Below are positions 33,262-39,783 of a stretch of 39,783 nucleotides of DNA, piece after piece. Made by a program: the position numbers and the translations under genes. The first letter of the stretch is position 1. Every line of letters starts with the position of its first letter. A model generated the notes under the pieces. That model saw only the letters and a program-made list of their open reading frames with translations, did not search any database and was not told where the DNA came from. The stretch is taken from positions 21,312,456 through 21,352,238 of the forward strand of contig NC_068981.1 in assembly GCF_001194135.2 (NCBI RefSeq), given 5' to 3'. This DNA is from Octopus bimaculoides (taxonomy: Eukaryota).

Positions 33262-33505
33262 TTTCTGAATGCCTAGGGTGTCACACTATGATCGTAAGAT
33301 TGTGGTTTCGATTCCTGGACTGGGTGACGCGTTGTGTTCTTGGGCAAAACACTTAATTTCCCGTTGCTTCAGTCCGATCAGCTGGCAAAAATGAGTAACG
33401 CTGCGATGGACTGGCGTCCCATCCAGCTGGGGAACACATATGTCATTGAAACCGGGAAACCGGGCCCATGAGCCAGGCTAAGCTTTAAAAGGGCGCATTT
33501 TTATA
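33262..33505 (+). mobile_element. V-SINE-like element sharing the family E head
   Basis: GGTTTCGATTCC (B-box), TGTGTTCTTGGGCAAAACACTTAA, CAGCTGGCAAAAATGAGTA, then GCGATGGACTGGCGTCCCATCCAG (V-SINE-type 3' region as recalled). Confidence 0.75.
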
Positions 33506-33559
33506 TTAACTCTGCTAAACACAGCTAAACTGGAAAAACAGGAGAGAAAGGAACCTTTT

Positions 33560-33806
33560 ACTTTTTTATCTTTTACTCATTTCAGTCATTGGACTTTTTG
33601 GCCATGCTGGAGCACTGCCTCAAAGGCTTTAGCTGAAAAAGTTGTCCCCAGTACTTATTTTTAAGTCTGGTACTTATGCTGTCAGTCTCTTGTTAAATCA
33701 ATAAGCTATGGGATGTAAGCAAACTTACACAAGTCATCAAGTAGTAGTGGGAGATGAACATAAGCACAAAGACACATGCACATGCATGCATGCATACATA
33801 TATACA

Positions 33807-33842
<36 letters not shown>

Positions 33843-33980
33843 TACATACATACTTACATACATATATGTATATATGATGATGATGATGATGATATACATG
33901 ACAAGCTTCCACACAATTTCCATCAACTGAATTAACTCACAAGGCATTACTTGGCTAGAGCTATAGTAGAAGACATTTGA
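33560..33980 (-). mobile_element. Old SINE D with internal (CATA)n/(GAT)n
   Basis: CATTTCAGTCATT..GCCATGCTGGAGCACTGCC..[microsatellite]..AATTTCCATC..CTCACAAGGC..GCTATAGTAGAAGACA. Confidence 0.7.
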
Positions 33981-35036
33981 GGATATCTTCCTTTCTCCTT
34001 CCCACCTGATTCAGAGGCCTTGTAAGGGGTCATGGGTATTGTCATCCCTTCTGAGTAAATGATGAAAAAAAAAAATACAAATAATCCAAGAAAATATACT
34101 TTGCAGAAATAATAACACAATGACATCAATGAAAACAAAAGACAATTATTTCTTTTCCAAAAATATTGAATATATTTTGAAAAAGACCTACTTCACACAA
34201 AATAAAATCCTGTAGTAGACATGACACAATCTAAAAGTCCTGCAATATAACATTAATGATTTTAAAAATACTTTTATAGAACTAAAAGATTTTATCATTA
34301 CTTACAACATCTATATATCAGTAACTCAGGTTACATTTTTACTATTGGAATGCACAGAACATCCATCATTCAAATTATATTCAAATCACATTAGACAGAT
34401 TCTTTTGCACTGAAAGTGATCTGATATCATTCATAAACTAATAAGGAATGACACTAGGGTTTCTAAATAAAAACTAGCAACGCAAAGCACATTAATATAA
34501 TAAATGTCTACATGCACACACACACACACACACACTTGTATAATTAATAAATGTATATTTATATATATATATAACGAATGTATATATATATATACAATAT
34601 TTGGTGCCGTGATTAAATGTGAGCAGAACTGCATGCTTTCCCATCTTTACTCTGGTACCACTTATCTTTTTCACTACCTGGAACATGAAATCATTTCACT
34701 TGATATTTATCCTTCATTCTTGAAACTGTGCTCTCCACCTACATTTTACATTGATCACCTTCCAGTGTCACCAAATAATATCTGTTTCTCCACTACCATA
34801 CACCTCACTCTTTCTGTTCAGTATACTTACCTTTCACCTACACTCTTGCAACCTATCCAACACACATCATCTTTCTCTCCTCCCTCCATCTCTCTTCTTT
34901 TCTCTCTCCCTCTCATCTTCTCTCATCTTTCTGCTATAGGTTTTGGAACAGCGGGTACAAGCATACTCTCTAAAATTAGGGGTGGGGTAATAAAACCACT
35001 TTGAACATCCTGGGTGGGACCTGAGTTTGCACCACC

Positions 35037-35054
35037 ACCACCACCACCACCACC

Positions 35055-35108
<54 letters not shown>

Positions 35109-35410
35109 GTTTACTCTCCATTTTCTATACTGGCATGGATTGGACAATTTGACAGAAGTTGGCAAGCCAGAGAGCTGTGCCATACTCTAATTGTCAGTTT
35201 TGGCATAGTTTCTATGGCTGGATGCCCTTCTTGGTGCCAACCACTTTACAGAGTGTACTGGGTGCTTTTTATGTAGCACCAGAATGGATATTTTATATGT
35301 GGAACCAGCATGAACAGTTTATACATGGCACCAGCATGGGTGCTTTACATGTCGTACCAACATGGGTGCTTTATATATGGTATTAGCACCTGAAAGCCCA
35401 CAAGACAAGG
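35037..35410 (-). mobile_element. Family B copy with (CAC)n/(CAT)n tail
   Basis: GTTTCTATGGCTGGATGCCCTT..GCCAACCACTTTACAGAGTGTACTGGGTGC. Confidence 0.75.
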
Positions 35411-37226
35411 ACCTCTCAGCTGAGAGAGGGAGTTGAACCATCCTGCACTAATGCTTTTCCCTGTCTTCATTATTATAATTGTGCTGCTCTTCAACCCCAT
35501 TTTTGCACTGTCAGTCATCTCTTACTCCCCCTGCCTCCCCCCAGCTCATAAACATCATTGGTCACCCCCTATCTACCAATCACTTTATCAATATTTCGAC
35601 CCTACCTGATTTCTACAGTTGTCACCTACTCTTCCCTACCTTCTCTACACATCATCTCTCAGCACTTGTGTTTCATCATACTCACTCCTAACCTATTTAC
35701 CATCTCTAAACACCTTCTTGCAATCTCTACCCACCCAAACTCCATGTTCTCCTGCTCCCAGTCATTTCTCATCACTTCATATCTTGAGTGTCTACTCTGA
35801 CACTTCGTCACAGCTATTTCATCTCTCTTTCCAGCTCCACTCCACTTACCTCCACCTACTCTACTATAATATGAGTAACCATATAGCTCCTCTACAGCAT
35901 GGAATCTGTTCTGTTCTGTTCTGGTCCCTTCTCTCAGACTTTAATACCTCTTTTCATTGTAATCCCACTCAGCCAAAGATGATCTTAGCCTTGCACACAG
36001 TGAAGGCAATGTCTTCAAATGGTCACACAGAACATCATATGATTGCCTATGGCATACTCAAATGGGCAGAATGGTTCTCAGATAGGCAGAGATATGGTGT
36101 ACATGTGAAACGATGAATTTGTGGGGTTACATCTCATTGCTGGGCCAGCTACCCGTGTGCCAAAGGATTATTTGATCATGACTGAGCTGGAGCCAAACAA
36201 CAATCACCATCATCATTGTCGTCGTCATCGTCATCATCATCATCATTGTCGTAGTCATCATCATCATCATCTTCCTCATCATCATCATCACTCTCACTAC
36301 CACCACCGCCACCACCACCACCATCATCCTTACCATTATCATTACTAGTTTTATCATTGCCATCCTACTCCTACTCATCATCATCATCATCATCACTACC
36401 ATTCATCACTACCACCAATACAACTCCTTAATCTCTGTCTGAACAATGAAAAGGGACGAGAATGAGATGCATTTTCTACCTTATCTCTCTTCCCCTCACT
36501 CACAACACACATATACACATACTCATGCACACTCACACAAATTCATTCATATACATGCACACATGCAAACGTTGTCTTGTGTCTCTCTTCCAGTTACGAT
36601 TTCCAACATCCTTACCATTTTTATGGCTGCCTTTTTCTCTTCTTCATCACAAATCATATGATTCTATGTTATTAGATGAACAACAACAGTAGCAGCAACA
36701 CCACCACCACCACCACCACCAACAGCACGAGACAAATACTTACAGATAGTAAGGATGCAATTTTATGTTATATGCCATAAATATTTTTATGAGGCTCCAT
36801 TGAACTGTGGCATTTGTGGAAAGTCGTTCAAGTCTGTGCTATCATATTCAAATGTGATTAGCAGACATTCTATTTTGTAACTGGCAGCTCTTTTGAACTG
36901 AATTTATCAATATGTATGATATTTGCTAACATTTTAGTCTAAACAACAAACATTTGAAATGACAAAGACAAGAATGCATGCCATTAGTAATGTTTAGTTG
37001 ATGCAATGTCTATTTAGATAAAAATATATATTTTAAAACTATTATCATATTTATTACTGGAGATCCTCACATGTCACATTGATAATGCAGTATAACAATA
37101 CTGTACTGATAATGTTGCACAATAATATTGTACAAATAATGTTGTACAATGACACTGTAGTAATAATGTACTGATAATGTTCTATTGAAACTGCAGTAAC
37201 AATGACACTATAGTAATAACGTTATA

Positions 37227-37353
37227 CAGGGTGTCCACAAAGTCTGGGTACATGGGGATTAACACATACTTTAAGAAATTATTATTTCTTATATTTAATT
37301 GTTTATGTTATGATTTTATTTACTCCATGTACCCAGACTTTGTGGACACCCTG
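37227..37353. mobile_element. 127-bp Tc1/mariner-type MITE, perfect 29-bp TIRs, TA TSD
   Basis: TA|CAGGGTGTCCACAAAGTCTGGGTACATGG ... CCATGTACCCAGACTTTGTGGACACCCTG|TA. Confidence 0.93.
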
Positions 37354-37410
37354 TACAATGACACTGTGCTAATAATGTTATACAGTGATACTGTAGTGAT
37401 AATGTACAAC

Positions 37411-37987
37411 CAGGGTCGGCTTTAAGCTAATTAGACAGATTTAATTAAATTGGGCCCCAAGCAGAAGCTCAAGCATAGGGTGCTATGATGAATTAAACAT
37501 TTCCTAATGTTTTTATTGTTTTGAGGATTTACTTGACAATGCCCTTAACAGTTGCATCAGGTGAAAGAAGTTTTTCAAAACTAAAACTAATTGAAATACA
37601 ACAGTCAACAATTTCAAAAAAGAGACTAAATAATTTGGTGATGCTATCTGTATAAAAATGACATTACAAAAACCATTGATTTTTGAAATGATTTTGAAAG
37701 AATTTTCAGATAAAAAAGCCAAAAAAGCCTGTTTTTAGAAAGCTTATTCACAAACAGTATGTCAGTAATTATCTTGACTAGTAATAAAACATTAAAACTT
37801 TCATATAAGCTTTCAATTTTTTGTATATCATTATAGCTAATGGTGGACCCTCAATCCCTCAATGATTTTTGACTGAAACTGGTGTAGTATGTGAAGCATA
37901 AAACATCAGTCTTCAGCTTTTGTAGAGTAGAGGGGCCCCCACTGACAATTCTCTAATTGGGCCCCATGCTTCCTAGTGCCAGCCCTA
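37411..37987 (+). mobile_element. Non-autonomous hAT deletion derivative
   Basis: TIRs CAGGGTCGGC../..GCCAGCCCTA, 8-bp TSD TGTACAAC/TGTGCAAT (6/8 match), subterminal GGGCCCC motifs, internal hAT dimerisation-domain remnant. Confidence 0.88.
37500..37738 (+). pseudogene. hAT transposase C-terminal dimerisation domain (Dimer_Tnp_hAT) remnant
   Basis: FPNVFIVLRIYLTMPLTVASGERSFSKLKLI...KRLNNLVMLSV*, frameshift, then EMILKEFSDKKAKK. Confidence 0.88.
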
Positions 37988-38328
37988 TGTGCAATGACAC
38001 TGTACTAATAATGTTGCAGACTGACTCTGCAGTGATAATGTTGTGCAATGATTCAATATTGGCAATGGCACTTCTTTCATTTGTTTACTTAGCATCTGTT
38101 TTTATGCTTGCATGCATTTGATGAGGAATTTTTTGAGGCAGGAGGTTATGGGTGGATAATCTTCTTATTGGCAACCCTCAGCTGTTTTACAACTAAGAGA
38201 TATTTTACTCCAACAGTCTTCGAAAGCACAGAACAATTGATCATAATGTCAACCAGAAATGTCAGTATCAACACTGTTTCACTCAAGTGGCAACAAACAT
38301 GAAATACCAACACTCATGCATATTTTTG

Positions 38329-38384
<56 letters not shown>

Positions 38385-38525
38385 TATATATGCATGTACA
38401 TTTACACACATTCATACACACACACACACATATGCTCACACACACGTTCACTCACACTTTCACACACACAAACACAACCACATACATTTATATCCATATA
38501 CAGAGAGGAATGGAAAGAAACATAG

Positions 38526-38771
38526 CTAGATAGGTAGATAGGTAGATAGGTAGGTAGATAGGTAGGTAGGTAGATAGGTAGGTAGGTAGGTAGGTAAGTA
38601 GGTAGGTAGGTAGGTAGGTAGGTAGGTAGGTAGGTAGGTAGGTAGGTAGGCAGACAGATAGACAGACAAAAAGGCAGGCAGACAGAGAGACAGACAGACA
38701 GACAGACAAGCAGACAGACAGATAGACAGACAGACAGGCAGGCAGACTGACATACAGACAGACAGACAGAC

Positions 38772-38825
<54 letters not shown>
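38526..38825. repeat. Compound (TAGG)n-(CAGA)n-(GATA)n array
   Basis: Direct reading. Confidence 0.97.
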
Positions 38826-38826
<1 letters not shown>

Positions 38827-39205
38827 CCCATAAAATGGACTTCTTGCAGTTTACATCTAGTAAATTCACTCACAAGGCATGCTGTACAATGATCTGTTAT
38901 GGATAATATTCAATGATGTAATTGCATGAATAATAATATTGCACAGTAACAGTGTATTGAAAGTGTTGTAGAATGTTATTGTAATGATAATGATGTGGTG
39001 GTGTAGCTCCAGATTATCACTTTTCAAGCAGTCCAAAGATACACACATTTTTGGCCTATCAATCAGGTGTGACCCTTAAATCCATCCTTTTTCAGTTATA
39101 TCAAATCTCCACATAGCTGAGGACCATATAGCATACACTCTGATGTACAGTGGTGAATCACATGAATGCAGCATGACAATCTGGACATTATGCATTCTCT
39201 CCAAT

Positions 39206-39247
39206 GTCAAGTCTATTTCTGTATGGTCATACAGAAACAGACTTGAC
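39206..39247. repeat. 42-bp near-perfect palindrome
   Basis: GTCAAGTCTATTTCTGTATG GT CATACAGAAACAGACTTGAC (one mismatch, which is a G-U pair on the minus strand). Confidence 0.9.
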
Positions 39248-39783
39248 CTTGCTGTTTAAGCAACCAGTAAAACATACATTTTTCAGTTTGAAAACGGCTA
39301 CAAGAAGCTTGAAACTCATATCAGAGTAACTCACTGTAAACATTATCATTAAGATTAAAATAAAAATTATCTCCTCAAAAAAGCCATTTTTACTCATTCT
39401 TTCAAATATATATAATACTGTACCAAGAACTTTCTCTTTGTTATTCTACTATATATAGTGGTACTTAAAATGTTTGAGGCACCAGAATTTGGTAGGGTAA
39501 AACCAAAAACAAAATCAAGAGATTTGGTGAATAGAATTTGAAGAAAAGCAACATAAATTCAATAGGTTATAGCAGTACATACGTTTCGTACAAACTTCAT
39601 TTATTTATGTAGTGAGAACACCACATAAGATGTGTAATGAAAATGTACTCCTCAGCTGCATAATGGAATTTCATTTTAGAAAGTCATTTTGTAGATGTGT
39701 GCAAAAAACTAGATTGTTGATTAACAGCCCAGTCAAGATGGTATTTTCTTCTTCTCCTACTCTTGTTTTTTGTACACATCTAC

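Larger units (their letters stand above)
37075..38060. repeat. ~27-bp minisatellite (CAATGACACTGTAGTAATAATGTTGTA-like) interrupted by two DNA transposons
   Basis: Units visible at 37075-37226, 37354-37410 and 37988-38060. Confidence 0.8.

Noticed and set aside
34940-34986. Strong polypyrimidine tract + TAG acceptor (VLEQR.. or GFGTAG..)
   Set aside because: The CT-rich flank looks like decayed repeat and there is no good donor.
36785-36870. C2H2 zinc-finger-like EAPLNCGICGKSFKS
   Set aside because: It lacks the L and both H residues at the required spacing, stops soon after, and there is no finger array.
38108-38302. 64-aa ORF MHAFDEEFFEAGGYGW... after a TTACTTAG acceptor-like site
   Set aside because: No recognisable family and no convincing donor.

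Overview
AT-rich, gapped eukaryotic draft-genome window with nine N-runs. It is densely packed with microsatellites and interspersed repeats. The repeat families look to me like coleoid cephalopod (Octopus-like) DNA; this is an inference from recalled repeat sequences, not a database hit. I can identify no intact, recognisable protein-coding gene, and nearly all supplied ORFs are microsatellite, N-gap or repeat artefacts. The window reads as intronic or intergenic. It contains: (i) about five families of short retroelements: an RTE-tailed family 'B' ending in (GAT)n, tRNA-headed families 'A', 'D' and 'E', and a (CAA)n-tailed family 'C'; (ii) fossils of non-LTR retrotransposons, namely RTE (16375-16975, 18401-19410, 4745-4970), an R4/Dong-like RLE C-terminus sitting in a (CATA)n tract (1250-1748), an I/Jockey-group RT split by a SINE (10640-12010), and weaker Tx1/L1- and CR1-like traces; (iii) non-autonomous DNA transposons (pogo-like, Tc1/mariner-like, hAT) and several fold-back palindromes; (iv) degenerate minisatellites; and (v) one plausible 56-nt internal exon (30163-30218, +) of an unidentified host gene. 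I found no clear new biological system. The best second-look items are the double-ended RTE composite at 18263-19410, its 219-bp higher-order 3' UTR repeat carrying a conserved hairpin, microsatellite-targeted insertions, and the density of inverted repeats (potential dsRNA/ADAR substrates).
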